DNA of 64,000 nucleotides from an uncultured Verrucomicrobiota bacterium (lineage in GTDB: Bacteria; Verrucomicrobiota; Verrucomicrobiia; JABWAM01): assembly GCA_964475835.1 (NCBI GenBank), contig CAYYYL010000002.1:49910-113909 (forward strand), given 5' to 3'. Shown here piece by piece: positions 18,862 through 29,397 of the stretch (position 1 is the first letter of the stretch; every line of letters begins with the position of its first letter). Position numbers and translations under genes: made by a program. The notes under the pieces were generated by a model. The model was given only the letters and a program-made list of their open reading frames with translations. It was not told the DNA's origin and did no database searches.

Positions 18862-20667
18862 ATGAAATTCAAAAGCACCCTCATTTTACTTCTCATCGCC
18901 ATGATCTCGGGCGGGGGGCTCTATTTTTTGATAAAAATCAAAAAAGTTCCGACTACGGAACAGCGAGTGGAACAGGAGCGTCATGTTGTTCAATTGAAGG
19001 CGGGGGAGGTCTCCGCCATTGAAATTCAGGGGTTGGACCGTAATTTTCAGTTTGAGAAGCGGGATGGAAAGTGGTTTTTCGTCAAACCCCTACAGGTCAG
19101 GGCAAACGGGGCCGAGCTTGAGGGGTTGCTTTCAACCATTGAGTTTCTGCAGAGCCGACGAATGCTTATGCCCGAGGACCTTGCCGAGGCCAAACGAACA
19201 TTGGGGGATTATGGACTTGAAAAACCCAGGTTTCTCGCCCGGCTGACGGCCCGTTCGGGTGAGGTTGTGATTCATGTGGGCAACGAAGCAAGGCAGGGGG
19301 ATGCCCTCTATATTCAAATTGATGGAAACCCTTCCGTTTACCTGGTCTCCAAGGACCTTGCAAAGCGTCTGGATAAGAAAGTGGAGGACTACCGGGAGCG
19401 TGCATTGTTCGATTTTCCTGAATTGGAGGTTGCGCGCATGGAGATCCGGAATGGGAGTGCTTTTTGTGAATTTAACAAAACAAATGGCATCTGGAGGATC
19501 ACCCAACCCCTTGGGGCACGTGCGGATGCTTCCAGGGTGAACGAGATGATTCGTCAATTGGCGGCCTTGCGTGCGGTTGATTTTTTAAGCGAAGATCCGG
19601 CTGCTGCAAAGGAGTATGGTTTGGAAGATGCCACCCAGCAGATCTCGGTGGGCCTGGAGCGCGGGGATGTCCCGCACGTCCTCATGCTGGGGGCGAGGCT
19701 CAAAATGGATGACAAAAAAGTGGCGGCGCGGGTAAAGGGGCAGAATTCCATTATTTCCATCCCCGCCACGTATGCAATGGGACTTGCCGCCCCTCTGGCC
19801 GAATTTCGTGATCACACCCTGGTGACCTTCAATCCGCCGGAGGTCACTTCGATTGAAGTGCGGACACGTCAGATTGGTTTTAGTCTCGAAAGGCAGGAAT
19901 CCGGATGGAGGCTTGTACGTCCTGATAACCGACCTGCCGATGCCGAAATGGTGGAGCGTTTTCTCTCCCGTCTGGCGTCCCTTCAAATCAAGGAATTCGT
20001 GGCCGATGTGTCAACGGATGTTGAAAAGTACGGCCTGAAACCGGCGCTTTCCTCCATTGCGGTCAGGGGAAAGTCCCTGACGGATGTCGGCGCCACCAAT
20101 GAAACCGTTTTTCTCGACCTGGCTCTTGGAAAAAGCGACTCAGGACGGAAAATTGTTTATGCCCAGGGGGGAGGGGAGTCGTCCGTCTACGGTCTGGATG
20201 AAGCTGTGGTGAATGAATTTCCACGTAGTACGGTCGAATTGCTTTCGCGTGTTCTGTTCCAAATCAACAAGGAGGAGATTGCCTCCATTCAGCAAAAGCG
20301 AGGAAAGGTTGTTCAAACGTTGCAAAAAGAGGCCTCGGGAAGCTGGAGAATACAGGAAGCCCCACAGGCTGTGCTTGACGAAACGGCCCTTCAGACCTTT
20401 CTCAATCAATTTGAACGTTTCAGTGTTCAGCAAATTGTGGGAACTGCTTTGAATTCCACAATCAAACAATATGGGCTTGATAATCCCTTGTGCACCCTTT
20501 TGATCAACCATCCGGTTGAAAACAAAACTTTGACGGAGGAGATTTTGGTTGGCCGTGATACGTCTCAGAAGAAGTTTTATCTTTTGTGGAAGAATCAACT
20601 CATGGTGTGTGAGATTTCTCCGGAAATGCACCAAATCCTTTCCCGTGACTGGTTGAAGGTGAAGTGA
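18862..20667 (+). CDS. DUF4340-like protein (the usual partner of GldG modules)
   Basis: 601 aa with an N-terminal TM segment and a repetitive domain organisation, in the position that DUF4340 proteins usually occupy after gldG. Confidence 0.6.
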   Translation: MKFKSTLILLLIAMISGGGLYFLIKIKKVPTTEQRVEQERHVVQLKAGEVSAIEIQGLDRNFQFEKRDGKWFFVKPLQVRANGAELEGLLSTIEFLQSRRMLMPEDLAEAKRTLGDYGLEKPRFLARLTARSGEVVIHVGNEARQGDALYIQIDGNPSVYLVSKDLAKRLDKKVEDYRERALFDFPELEVARMEIRNGSAFCEFNKTNGIWRITQPLGARADASRVNEMIRQLAALRAVDFLSEDPAAAKEYGLEDATQQISVGLERGDVPHVLMLGARLKMDDKKVAARVKGQNSIISIPATYAMGLAAPLAEFRDHTLVTFNPPEVTSIEVRTRQIGFSLERQESGWRLVRPDNRPADAEMVERFLSRLASLQIKEFVADVSTDVEKYGLKPALSSIAVRGKSLTDVGATNETVFLDLALGKSDSGRKIVYAQGGGESSVYGLDEAVVNEFPRSTVELLSRVLFQINKEEIASIQQKRGKVVQTLQKEASGSWRIQEAPQAVLDETALQTFLNQFERFSVQQIVGTALNSTIKQYGLDNPLCTLLINHPVENKTLTEEILVGRDTSQKKFYLLWKNQLMVCEISPEMHQILSRDWLKVK

Positions 20668-20674
20668 CCTTGTT

Positions 20675-21931
20675 TCAGTTCGGACGGGGTGTCTGGGGTG
20701 GATTCCTGATCTGGTTTTTTCCCGACGTAAGGTGTCGAAAAAGTGTGGCTGCAAGGATTTTGTGGCCAAAAGGGAGAAGGTGGGGATCGTTTTCGAAGGA
20801 AATTTTTTGATGACTTGATGCGGCTGCGTTTTGAAAGGTGCTCACTGTATCAAGCAGGGGGACCTGTCGCTTTCGGGCAAGTTCCGCGAGCCATTTGCGC
20901 AAAGGGGTGTCGTAGATCTGTCCCATGTGAAAACCAAGTCCACTGCGCCCCGGCCATTCCGTGCCGTTGATTTGAAGCCCGTAAGGATAGTAGAGCAAAA
21001 TGACTTTCACGTGATCACGTTGAGCGGCTCCTATGAGGCGCGTCAGGTAGCCCTCCGTTCGTTTCCAGTGCTGGGTCCAATCATAACCCGGGCGAAGATG
21101 TCCAAAACGATCCGTGTCGATATCCCCAAAGCGGATCTGCTCGGGATTCCATTTGTCGGCGAGCAAAGCTGAAAGTTGGGAGTGAGCGAGAAGAAAACCT
21201 TTTGTACGCCCCCAAATAGTGCTTTTTTCCAGGTTCAGGCGGTCGAGTTGATGTCTGGGGGATTCCTGGTTCCGGGATTGACCCAGGAAAAACGCGTAGT
21301 GCGTATCCTTGAAACCAATCACTTCGTTCTGTGGGCCAAATACGGTGTCCTTTTCGTAGTAGTAGTCATCCTGAAGATCGGAGTTGTCGATGGCGATGAC
21401 GATGGTATCCGGTTGAAAGCTGCGAACACGGTGTTCGTAGAGCTGCCAGTAAAGCAGAGGGGAGTAGCTTGTCTGGCCGAAGTTGTAGATCTCCCACGCT
21501 TGTCCCTTGGTTTCATTCGAAAGAAGGGTCTGAAGTTGTGCGGGATAGGTTTCGTCGTCGCTGACAAATAGCCCCTCGGTAAATGAGTCGCCGAGAATGG
21601 CGATTCGGTGGGTGCCCGGTGCTTTTGCTCTCTGAAACTCCACGCTGCCCCGGAACCCAAGTTCGTTGGTGGTGTAGCGGTAGGGATGGTTTTCGAGTTG
21701 TCCGGTGGTGTTTCGTTTTGGAAAAACGGTATGATGAAATACGGGGTCGAAGTCCTTCAATCGAAGGGTTTGCTCCTTTTGATCAAGATCATGCTGGGCA
21801 TTTTTTATCTGCTCCTCAAGGGGAGGGGCTAGGGCATGGGGAGCCATCCAACGGATTCCACACTCGAGGAAAAGGATCGCTCCGACGGATGCGAGTCCTG
21901 CGAGAAGTGTTTTTTGAAGAGCTTTCCGCAT
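20675..21931 (-). CDS. SGNH/GDSL-type hydrolase family protein with an N-terminal membrane anchor
   Basis: 418 aa. The block RIAILGDSFTEG contains the catalytic Ser. The protein is distantly paralogous to the partial CDS at 63264. Confidence 0.6.
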   Translation of the reverse strand: MRKALQKTLLAGLASVGAILFLECGIRWMAPHALAPPLEEQIKNAQHDLDQKEQTLRLKDFDPVFHHTVFPKRNTTGQLENHPYRYTTNELGFRGSVEFQRAKAPGTHRIAILGDSFTEGLFVSDDETYPAQLQTLLSNETKGQAWEIYNFGQTSYSPLLYWQLYEHRVRSFQPDTIVIAIDNSDLQDDYYYEKDTVFGPQNEVIGFKDTHYAFFLGQSRNQESPRHQLDRLNLEKSTIWGRTKGFLLAHSQLSALLADKWNPEQIRFGDIDTDRFGHLRPGYDWTQHWKRTEGYLTRLIGAAQRDHVKVILLYYPYGLQINGTEWPGRSGLGFHMGQIYDTPLRKWLAELARKRQVPLLDTVSTFQNAAASSHQKISFENDPHLLPFGHKILAATLFRHLTSGKNQIRNPPQTPRPN

Positions 21932-21952
21932 CGAGGACCTTGGGGAACTGAA

Positions 21953-23800
21953 TCACACTTCCTGGAACTGCAGATCGTAAAGTTTTCGATAGAGCTTACC
22001 CCGGGCTAAAAGCTCATCGTGCCGACCCTTTTCAACGATCCGCCCGCGTTCCATAACGACAATCTGATCGGCTTTTTGGACAGTCGAAAGTCGGTGCGCG
22101 ATGACCACAACCGTCCTGCCTTCGATTAATTCGTCGAGGGCTGCCTGGACGAACCGTTCGGATTCCGTGTCAAGCGCGGAGGTGGCTTCATCGAGGAGAA
22201 GAATGGATGGGTTCCTGAGAATAGCACGGGCAATGGCAATGCGTTGTTTCTGTCCTCCTGAAAGTTTGACTCCCTTGTCGCCAACGACGGTGTCGTAACC
22301 CATGGGCTGGGTGAGAATGAATTCGTTGGCAAAGGCCCGGCTTGCGGCTTCAACGATCTGCTTCTCGGTGGCTCCGATGCTGCCGTAACGGATGTTGTTC
22401 CGGATGGAGTCATTGAAGAGGATTGTATCCTGGGTTACGATGGCCATCTGTTTGCGCAGGGATTCGAACGTGACTCCTCGGATGTCGTGCCCATCGATGA
22501 GGATGTGCCCCGAAATAGGGTCGTAGAATCGAAGCAGTAAACTGAGGAGGGTGCTTTTTCCTGCCCCACTAGGCCCGACAAGGGCCAGGGTCTTTCCGTG
22601 GGCAATATCGAGGCTGATGTTTTGGAGAACTGGGTGGTCATCATAGCGGAAAGAGACATCCTTCAATTGAATGTCATTCCGGATTGGAGGAAGCTGAATG
22701 GCGGCGGGGGCTTCCTTGACCGTGGGTTCGGTGTCGAGGATGGCAAAAATTCGATCCGTGGATGCCAGACTCTTTTGGATGGTTGTGTGCAGTTTGCTCA
22801 GGTTTTTGATGGGGGTGTAGAGCGCGAAAATACCGAAGAGGAGGCCTGCAAGGGTTCCCACAGGCATATGGACATGATAGGCATAGTAGAGCGCTGCCAT
22901 CACACCAAACGATGCAACAATTTCGATCAGGGGATTGAGGATGTTGATCGAACGAACGATGCGCATTTGATACGAAAACTGTCGGTAACAGGTTTGCCAG
23001 AATTTTTCGCACTCCTGTTTTTCCATTCCAAAGCCCTTGACCACGCGGACGCCGGTAATGTTTTCGTGGAGATGGGAGAGGATTTCCCCCTGATTTTCCT
23101 GCGAGAGCTTGCTTGTTTTCCGAACCTTTCGACCATAGATGGCGATGGGGAGGATGCAAAGTGGGGCCAGGACCACGGCCGAAAGGGAGAATCTCCAGTC
23201 CGCCTGCAGGATGGCCCATCCCACCACCACAATGGTGAAGGGGTGTTTGATGGAATCCGCGATGACCGTGGTGATCGCGGATTGGGCCTGCTGGCAGTCA
23301 TTGACGAGTCGGGAAATCAGATCCCCCACGTTCGATTTATTGTAAAAATCGAGGGATAACTTTTGCGTGTGAACGAAGACTTTCTGACGAATATCGGTGA
23401 TGATTCTCACGCCGACCCAGCTCAAAAGGTAGTTGCTAAGGTAATCGGTTAGGGCGCGTAGGATCATGGTGGCGGGCACCAGAAGAACGGTGGCGATGAT
23501 TTTTGCCTGGGATGGGGTCTCGCCAAAAAGAGTGTTCCACAGGGAAAGCAGTCCGTTCACGAACCGATCGATGAGGGCGTTTTTCCCAAAGCCAAAAAGG
23601 GCCTCGGTGTGGTTTTTCGGCGAGGAGGGGGGGAAAACCGTAGAGAAAATCACGGGAATTCCCTGAACCAGGAGGTAGTTGGTCCATGAATTGAGCATTC
23701 CGAACAAGATGCCACCGGCAAAGCGCAGGCGATGGGGTTTGAGGAAGCGGATGAGCCGCAGCCAGTTCTGCATGTCCCGAGATGGTGAGGTGGAAGGCAT
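21953..23800 (-). CDS. msbA: ABC exporter with fused transmembrane and ATPase domains (MsbA-like lipid A/lipid flippase)
   Basis: 615 aa with six transmembrane helices, Walker A GPSGAGKST, LSGGQKQRIAIARA, and LLLDEATSALD. Confidence 0.85.
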   Translation of the reverse strand: MPSTSPSRDMQNWLRLIRFLKPHRLRFAGGILFGMLNSWTNYLLVQGIPVIFSTVFPPSSPKNHTEALFGFGKNALIDRFVNGLLSLWNTLFGETPSQAKIIATVLLVPATMILRALTDYLSNYLLSWVGVRIITDIRQKVFVHTQKLSLDFYNKSNVGDLISRLVNDCQQAQSAITTVIADSIKHPFTIVVVGWAILQADWRFSLSAVVLAPLCILPIAIYGRKVRKTSKLSQENQGEILSHLHENITGVRVVKGFGMEKQECEKFWQTCYRQFSYQMRIVRSINILNPLIEIVASFGVMAALYYAYHVHMPVGTLAGLLFGIFALYTPIKNLSKLHTTIQKSLASTDRIFAILDTEPTVKEAPAAIQLPPIRNDIQLKDVSFRYDDHPVLQNISLDIAHGKTLALVGPSGAGKSTLLSLLLRFYDPISGHILIDGHDIRGVTFESLRKQMAIVTQDTILFNDSIRNNIRYGSIGATEKQIVEAASRAFANEFILTQPMGYDTVVGDKGVKLSGGQKQRIAIARAILRNPSILLLDEATSALDTESERFVQAALDELIEGRTVVVIAHRLSTVQKADQIVVMERGRIVEKGRHDELLARGKLYRKLYDLQFQEV

Positions 23801-23843
23801 GGAATGAATTACCAGGGGATTCTGTCGTTTTTAGAAGGGGCGC

Positions 23844-24182
23844 ATGTTGGAATCATCTGGGATTGAAATTGTGCCATCAAAGCTGCATCATGAGAAGATG
23901 GTAATTTCCAAGGAAGAGTCTTTATTGAAGCAGATCTGGAGTGCATGGCTCAAGTTCGGACATTGGATAGGGGAGGTCATGAGCTGGGTATGGATGCCCC
24001 TCTTCTACTATCTGATTGCCATGCCCTTTGCGCTTGGGGTGAAGATTTTTTCGGATCCCCTGAAGGTGCGCGGGGAGGAAAAGAAAAGTTACTGGACCCC
24101 AAAAGCCCTTCCGGAATTGAACCTTGCATGGGCCAAAAGTCAGGGGAGCATCGTGCTTCCATCCAAGGAGTCTGAATCATGA
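23844..24182 (+). CDS. Small membrane protein of unknown function, paired with the carbamoyltransferase
   Basis: 60-112 aa depending on the start (MVISKEESL at 23898 is a possible alternative), with one or two hydrophobic helices. Its stop overlaps the carbamoyltransferase start by 4 bp. Confidence 0.4.
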   Translation: MLESSGIEIVPSKLHHEKMVISKEESLLKQIWSAWLKFGHWIGEVMSWVWMPLFYYLIAMPFALGVKIFSDPLKVRGEEKKSYWTPKALPELNLAWAKSQGSIVLPSKESES

Positions 24183-25957
24183 GTGTTATCCTGGGTTTGT
24201 CAGCATTTTATCACGACTCTTCCGCGGCCCTTGTTCGCGATGGGGTGTTGGTTGCTGCGGCGGAAGAGGAGCGTTTTTCCAGAAAAAAGCACGATCATGC
24301 GTTTCCCTCACTGGCGGTTGATTTCTGCCTTAGGCAGGCAGGACTTCAAATGGAGGATGTGGATCATGTGGTTTTTTACGAGAAGCCTTTTACAAAATTC
24401 GAACGTATCTTCCAGACTTCCTTGGCTACGTTCCCAAAGGGGGTTGCGGTGTTTCGGGCAGCCATGCAGACTTGGCTTCTCGACAAACTCTGGATCAAGG
24501 CGATCATTCGAGAGCACCTGGGGATCGATCGTGATAAGGTTTTGTTCTGCGATCATCATCTTTCCCATGCCGCGAGTTCCTTTTATTGCTCCCCGTTTCA
24601 GAAGTCGGCTATTCTCACTGTGGACGGGGTGGGTGAGTGGACCACCTCCGCAAAAGGGGTTGCCGACGGAAATGACATTCATCTCCGGAGTGAAATGCGT
24701 TTTCCCCATTCATTGGGGCTTCTGTATAGCGCGTTCACCGCGTTTCTGGGTTTCGAAGTCAACGAGGGCGAGTACAAGGTGATGGGAATGGCTCCTTATG
24801 GGGAGCCGAAGTACATTGACAAGGTTTGGGAATTGATGGACCTGGCGGAGGATGGTTCGTTTCAGCTCAAGATGGAGTACTTCAAATTCCCGTATTCGCT
24901 AAAAAACACCTATAATCGTAATTTTGTCCGGCTATTTGGAAAGCCTCGCACTCCGGAAACGCATTTCTTCACAAAGAATACGGGATTTCCCTCCTATTTT
25001 GGAGCGAAGCCGGGAAATTATGCCGAGCTTGAGCGCGAGAACCAGCACTATGCGGATATTGCCTCAAGCATTCAGAAGGCCGTCGAAGAAATTGTGGTTC
25101 GAATGGCCCGTTCGCTTCACAAGGAAACGGGCCTGACTGATTTGTGCATGGCGGGGGGGGTGGCTCTGAACAGTGTGGCCAACTGCAGAATCCTTCGGGA
25201 ATCAGGATTCAAGAGGCTCTACATCCAGCCGGGGGCTGGGGACGGTGGGGGGGCGATCGGTGCGGCTCTGCATCTTGCCCATCAAGTTCTGCAGGAGCCC
25301 AGGACTTTTGTCATGAGTCATGCCTATTGGGGGGAATCCTTCAATGACGACCAGGCTGCGGAATTTTTCCGTTCAGAAAACATTCCCCACGAGCTGGTTA
25401 AAAATGAGGACGAACTCGTTTCACGCACGGTGGATGCTTTGAAAAACAAGAAGGTGATTGGCTGGCACCAGGGCAGGTTTGAGTTTGGGCCCCGAGCCCT
25501 GGGAGCACGCAGTATCCTGGCTGATCCACGAACCGCCGAGATGAAGGATATCGTCAATACGAAGATCAAATTCCGCGAGCCCTATCGGCCCTTTGCTCCC
25601 TCCATCCTTGCCGAATCTGCCGAGGAATATTTTGATTTTCCGGGTATTTCCAAACAGGAGGCCGCCAAGTTTATGTTGCTTGTGGCGCCTGTAAAAAAGG
25701 AGAAGCAGGAGGTGATTCCCGCTGTCAGTCATATGGGGACCGGAAGGCTTCAGACCGTGTTCAAGGAAACGAATCCACGATACTACAAATTGATCCAGGC
25801 GTTTGGCCAGGCCACAGGGGTTCCCGTTTTGATGAATACCTCCTACAACCTCAGGGGAGAGCCCATCGTGACCACCCCGGCAAACGCTTTTCGGACCTTC
25901 AAAGCCAGCGAAATGGATCTTCTGGTTGTGGGGAACCATCTGGTCTGGAAGGCATGA
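24179..25957 (+). CDS. Carbamoyltransferase (NodU/CmcH/HypF-like family)
   Basis: 592 aa. The N-terminus ILGLSAFYHDSSAALV and the CDHHLSHAASSF metal-binding motif are typical of NodU/CmcH carbamoyltransferases. Confidence 0.85.
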   Translation: MSVILGLSAFYHDSSAALVRDGVLVAAAEEERFSRKKHDHAFPSLAVDFCLRQAGLQMEDVDHVVFYEKPFTKFERIFQTSLATFPKGVAVFRAAMQTWLLDKLWIKAIIREHLGIDRDKVLFCDHHLSHAASSFYCSPFQKSAILTVDGVGEWTTSAKGVADGNDIHLRSEMRFPHSLGLLYSAFTAFLGFEVNEGEYKVMGMAPYGEPKYIDKVWELMDLAEDGSFQLKMEYFKFPYSLKNTYNRNFVRLFGKPRTPETHFFTKNTGFPSYFGAKPGNYAELERENQHYADIASSIQKAVEEIVVRMARSLHKETGLTDLCMAGGVALNSVANCRILRESGFKRLYIQPGAGDGGGAIGAALHLAHQVLQEPRTFVMSHAYWGESFNDDQAAEFFRSENIPHELVKNEDELVSRTVDALKNKKVIGWHQGRFEFGPRALGARSILADPRTAEMKDIVNTKIKFREPYRPFAPSILAESAEEYFDFPGISKQEAAKFMLLVAPVKKEKQEVIPAVSHMGTGRLQTVFKETNPRYYKLIQAFGQATGVPVLMNTSYNLRGEPIVTTPANAFRTFKASEMDLLVVGNHLVWKA

Positions 25958-26049
25958 TGTTTTCGCACTGTTTTGGGTGGATGCTCCCTTGTTTTTTGGA
26001 TGGACAGAAGCATTCGTACCTTTCATAAAGGTAGGCTCCGCATCCCCTT

Positions 26050-26574
26050 ATGGAACACCGCCATACCCTTTCCATTTTAGTTGAGAATAAATTCGGCGTC
26101 CTTGCCCGGATTGCCGGTCTTTTCAGTGGTCGAGGATTCAATATCGATTCGCTGAACGTGGCTCCCACGCAAAATTCCAAGTTTTCAAGAATGACTGTGG
26201 TGGTGCGTGGAGACGATAAAACCCTGGAGCAACTGACGCGCCAACTGGAAAAGCTGATCAACGTGATCGAGGTTCAGGATTTTCTTCATGATGAGGCGGT
26301 CGAACGGGAACTCGTACTCGTTCAGATCAAGGCCGACTCCCGGAGCCGAAGTGAAGCGATGCAGATTGTGGACATTTTTCGTGCAAAAATTGTGGATGTT
26401 CAGCCTGATTCCATTCTTGTGGAAACCACCGGGGCCCAGCGAAAGATTGATGCTTTTCTTCAGATGATCGAACGATTTGGAATCATCGAAATGACCCGGA
26501 CTGGGCGCGTGGCCATGAAGCGCGGGGGAACGGGTTTTGTTCGCCATTTGAGTAAACCTAAAAAAACAGACTAG
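26050..26574 (+). CDS. ilvN: Acetolactate synthase small (regulatory) subunit
   Basis: ACT domain start [31 protein letters not shown] with an IlvH/IlvN-like C-terminal domain. Confidence 0.9.
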   Translation: MEHRHTLSILVENKFGVLARIAGLFSGRGFNIDSLNVAPTQNSKFSRMTVVVRGDDKTLEQLTRQLEKLINVIEVQDFLHDEAVERELVLVQIKADSRSRSEAMQIVDIFRAKIVDVQPDSILVETTGAQRKIDAFLQMIERFGIIEMTRTGRVAMKRGGTGFVRHLSKPKKTD

Positions 26575-26576
26575 CC

Positions 26577-27602
26577 ATGCCTGCAAAAATCTACACGGAC
26601 AAAGACGCTAACCTTAACCTGTTGAAAAAGAAAACGGTCGCGGTGATCGGTTTCGGAAGCCAGGGCCACGCTCACGCTTTGAACCTCAAGGAAAGCGGTG
26701 TCCGGGTCCTAATTGGACTCTACAAGGGGAGTAAGTCGATTCCGGTTGCCAAGGCAAAGGGATTCAAGGTTCTCACCACGGCGGAGGCGGTGAAAGCGGC
26801 GGACGTGATTTTTGTGGCAGTGCCGGATTTGAAGATCGCGTCCGTTTACAAAGCGGACATTGCTCCTAATCTGACGCCGGGGAAGACCTTGCTGTTCAGT
26901 CATGGGTTTGCCATTCATTTCAAGACCATCGTTCCTCCGAAGAATGTGAATGTGATCATGGTGGCGCCCAAGGGTCCTGGACACATCGTTCGTCGTCAAT
27001 ATCAGGAGGGAAAAGGTGTTCCCAGTCTGATCGCGGTGTATCAAAACGCCACCCGGGATGCCAAGCAGATCGCCCTGGCATGGGCGAAGGGTATTGGGGG
27101 AACCCGTGCTGGCGTGATTGAAACGACATTCAAGGAGGAAACGGAAACCGATTTGTTTGGTGAACAATGCGTTCTTTGCGGCGGCACATCGGCTCTGATT
27201 CAGGCAGGTTATGAGACCCTCATTGAAGCGGGCTACCAGCCTGAAATGGCTTATTTTGAATGCCTTCACGAGCTGAAGCTCATCGTGGATCTCATCAATG
27301 AGGCTGGTATCAGCGGCATGCGCTTTTCCATCTCCGAGACGGCGAAGTACGGGGATGTTCGCACCGGCCCCCGCATCGTGACGAAAAAGGTGAAGGGCGA
27401 AATGAAAAAGGCCCTCAAGGAGATCCAGAACGGAAAATTTGCCCGTGAATGGATTCGGGAATCGCGCACGGGAATGAAGCGCTACAAGAGCCTTCTTGCC
27501 CGTGGCCAGCGTCATCCGATTGAAAAGGTTGGGGAGCGGCTTCGTGGTTTGATGCCCTGGATGAAGAAGCGCCAGATCAAGGGTGTTCAAGCCGCCTACT
27601 AG
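26577..27602 (+). CDS. ilvC: Ketol-acid reductoisomerase
   Basis: [17 protein letters not shown] Rossmann motif plus class I KARI domains. Starts 3 bp after ilvN. Confidence 0.95.
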   Translation: MPAKIYTDKDANLNLLKKKTVAVIGFGSQGHAHALNLKESGVRVLIGLYKGSKSIPVAKAKGFKVLTTAEAVKAADVIFVAVPDLKIASVYKADIAPNLTPGKTLLFSHGFAIHFKTIVPPKNVNVIMVAPKGPGHIVRRQYQEGKGVPSLIAVYQNATRDAKQIALAWAKGIGGTRAGVIETTFKEETETDLFGEQCVLCGGTSALIQAGYETLIEAGYQPEMAYFECLHELKLIVDLINEAGISGMRFSISETAKYGDVRTGPRIVTKKVKGEMKKALKEIQNGKFAREWIRESRTGMKRYKSLLARGQRHPIEKVGERLRGLMPWMKKRQIKGVQAAY

Positions 27603-27646
27603 CATCTTGGGAAATTCGTGAAGAATTCGCCTACAATTCTTCATGC

Positions 27647-28474
27647 ATGAGTGCCCTCGGCATCATTGCTGGGAATCGCAAGTTCCCTCAAATCTTCGCG
27701 AAGGAGGCCCGGCGAACGGGATCCCACAAGCTCATTGCTGTTGCGTTCGAGGGGGAGACAGAGAAGGAGATTGAGCGTTACGTCGACTGCGTGGAATGGG
27801 TCAAGCTGGGGCACCTTGGCAAGTTGATTGATGCGTTCAAAAAACACGAAGTGAGGGACGTGGTCATGGTCGGCCAGATTGCCCCCCGAAACCTTTTCGC
27901 CAGCCTACGGCTGGACCTTCGCATGACGATGCTTCTTGCCCGGCTGAAGAGGCGAAATGCGGAAACCATTTTCGGGGCCGTCGGCGAGGAGCTGGCACGG
28001 GATGGATTGAATCTTGTACCTCACGCAGCATTTTTGGAGCGCTTGATTCCTAAACCGGGACTATTGACCCAAAAAAAACCGACCTCCGGGGAGCGGGAGG
28101 ATTTTGCCTTTGGATTTCAGCTCGCCAAAAAAATGGCAGCTCTGGATATTGGTCAGACGGTGGTAGTCAAGCGGGGAACGGTACTTGCTGTTGAAGCATT
28201 TGAGGGAACGGATCGGGCGCTCCTTCGGGGTGGGGAGTTGGGGCAGGGGGATTCAGTGGCCGTCAAGGTGACCAAACCAGGTCAGGACATGCGTTTTGAT
28301 ATCCCTTGCATTGGCCCACAAACCATCGAAACCCTAAAAAAATCAGGGATAACCGCGATGGGAATTGAAGCCGGGCGGACATTGCTGCTCGAAATGGAGG
28401 AATTACTTGAGTCTGCTAACGATGCCAGGATTGCCATTGAAGCGCTTTCGGAGGAAATGATTTCAAATGAATAA
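27647..28474 (+). CDS. lpxI: LpxI-family UDP-2,3-diacylglucosamine hydrolase (DUF1009-type)
   Basis: 275 aa. The N-terminus LGIIAGNRKFPQ and the block GQTVVVKRGTVLAVEAFEGTD resemble LpxI. Confidence 0.65.
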   Translation: MSALGIIAGNRKFPQIFAKEARRTGSHKLIAVAFEGETEKEIERYVDCVEWVKLGHLGKLIDAFKKHEVRDVVMVGQIAPRNLFASLRLDLRMTMLLARLKRRNAETIFGAVGEELARDGLNLVPHAAFLERLIPKPGLLTQKKPTSGEREDFAFGFQLAKKMAALDIGQTVVVKRGTVLAVEAFEGTDRALLRGGELGQGDSVAVKVTKPGQDMRFDIPCIGPQTIETLKKSGITAMGIEAGRTLLLEMEELLESANDARIAIEALSEEMISNE

Positions 28475-29384
28475 ACCCATCCGGGTCGGTGTGATTGGAG
28501 TTGGTTATCTGGGCAAGGAGCATGCCCGTATCTATTCCCAACTCAAGGACTGTGAACTTGTGGGTATTGTGGATTCGAGTGCGAAAACGGCGGAGGCTAT
28601 TGCGAAGAAGCTGGGGTGCCGGGTTTTTCCATCCCTTGAGTCACTTTCAGAGCAGGTGGATGCCGTAAGTGTGGTGGTACCCACGACTGCTCACCGGGAG
28701 GTGGCCCGGGTTTTTTTGGAACAGGGAAAGGATGTTTTTATCGAGAAACCCATCGCCGCGACGACACAGGAGGCGGGGGAGCTTGTCCGCCTTGCCCAGT
28801 CCAAAAATGTGTTACTCCAGGTTGGGCACATCGAACGCTTTAATCCCGTGCTTTCCTATCTTGAAAAAAATCTGACCAATCCCCGATTCATTGAGGCCCA
28901 CCGTCTTTCCCCTTATCCCGCGCGGGGAACGGATGTGAGTGTGGTACTGGATTTGATGATCCATGATCTGGATGTGATTTTCCATCTGGTCGATGCACCT
29001 TTGGAGTCTTTTGATGCGGTGGGGGTATCCGTGCTCAGCCCGAGCGAGGATATTGCCAATGTGCGTCTGAAGTTTTCGAACGGATGCGTGGCCAACATTA
29101 CCACGAGTCGGATCAGCCCCGAAAAAATGCGCAAGATCCGTGTGTTCTCGGAAAACAGTTACATTTCCCTGGATTATCAAGCTCAGGAGGGGCTCGTTTA
29201 TTGGAAGGAAGCCGGGACGATCAAAAGGGAGAAAATTCCTGTGACAAAGGGTGAGCCGCTTCAATTGGAGCTTTCCTCCTTCATCGAAAGCGTTCGTCAT
29301 CGCTCAGAACCCAAGGTTAGCGGACACCAGGGAAAACGGGCTTTGGATGTCGCCGTTGCGATTGTGGAGCGGATCCGCGGCTGA
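28467..29384 (+). CDS. Gfo/Idh/MocA-family NAD(P)-dependent oxidoreductase
   Basis: IRVGVIGVGYLGKEHA Rossmann start, followed by EKPIA. Confidence 0.8.
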   Translation: MNKPIRVGVIGVGYLGKEHARIYSQLKDCELVGIVDSSAKTAEAIAKKLGCRVFPSLESLSEQVDAVSVVVPTTAHREVARVFLEQGKDVFIEKPIAATTQEAGELVRLAQSKNVLLQVGHIERFNPVLSYLEKNLTNPRFIEAHRLSPYPARGTDVSVVLDLMIHDLDVIFHLVDAPLESFDAVGVSVLSPSEDIANVRLKFSNGCVANITTSRISPEKMRKIRVFSENSYISLDYQAQEGLVYWKEAGTIKREKIPVTKGEPLQLELSSFIESVRHRSEPKVSGHQGKRALDVAVAIVERIRG

Positions 29385-29397
29385 TTTCCCGCGAAAA

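Noticed and set aside
22598-23359. 253-aa plus-strand ORF (and other 120-180-aa ORFs) inside msbA
   Set aside because: It is antisense to the ABC exporter, whose Walker motifs are on the minus strand.
26709-27644. 311-aa ORF on the minus strand
   Set aside because: It is antisense to ilvC, which has the KARI Rossmann motif on the plus strand.
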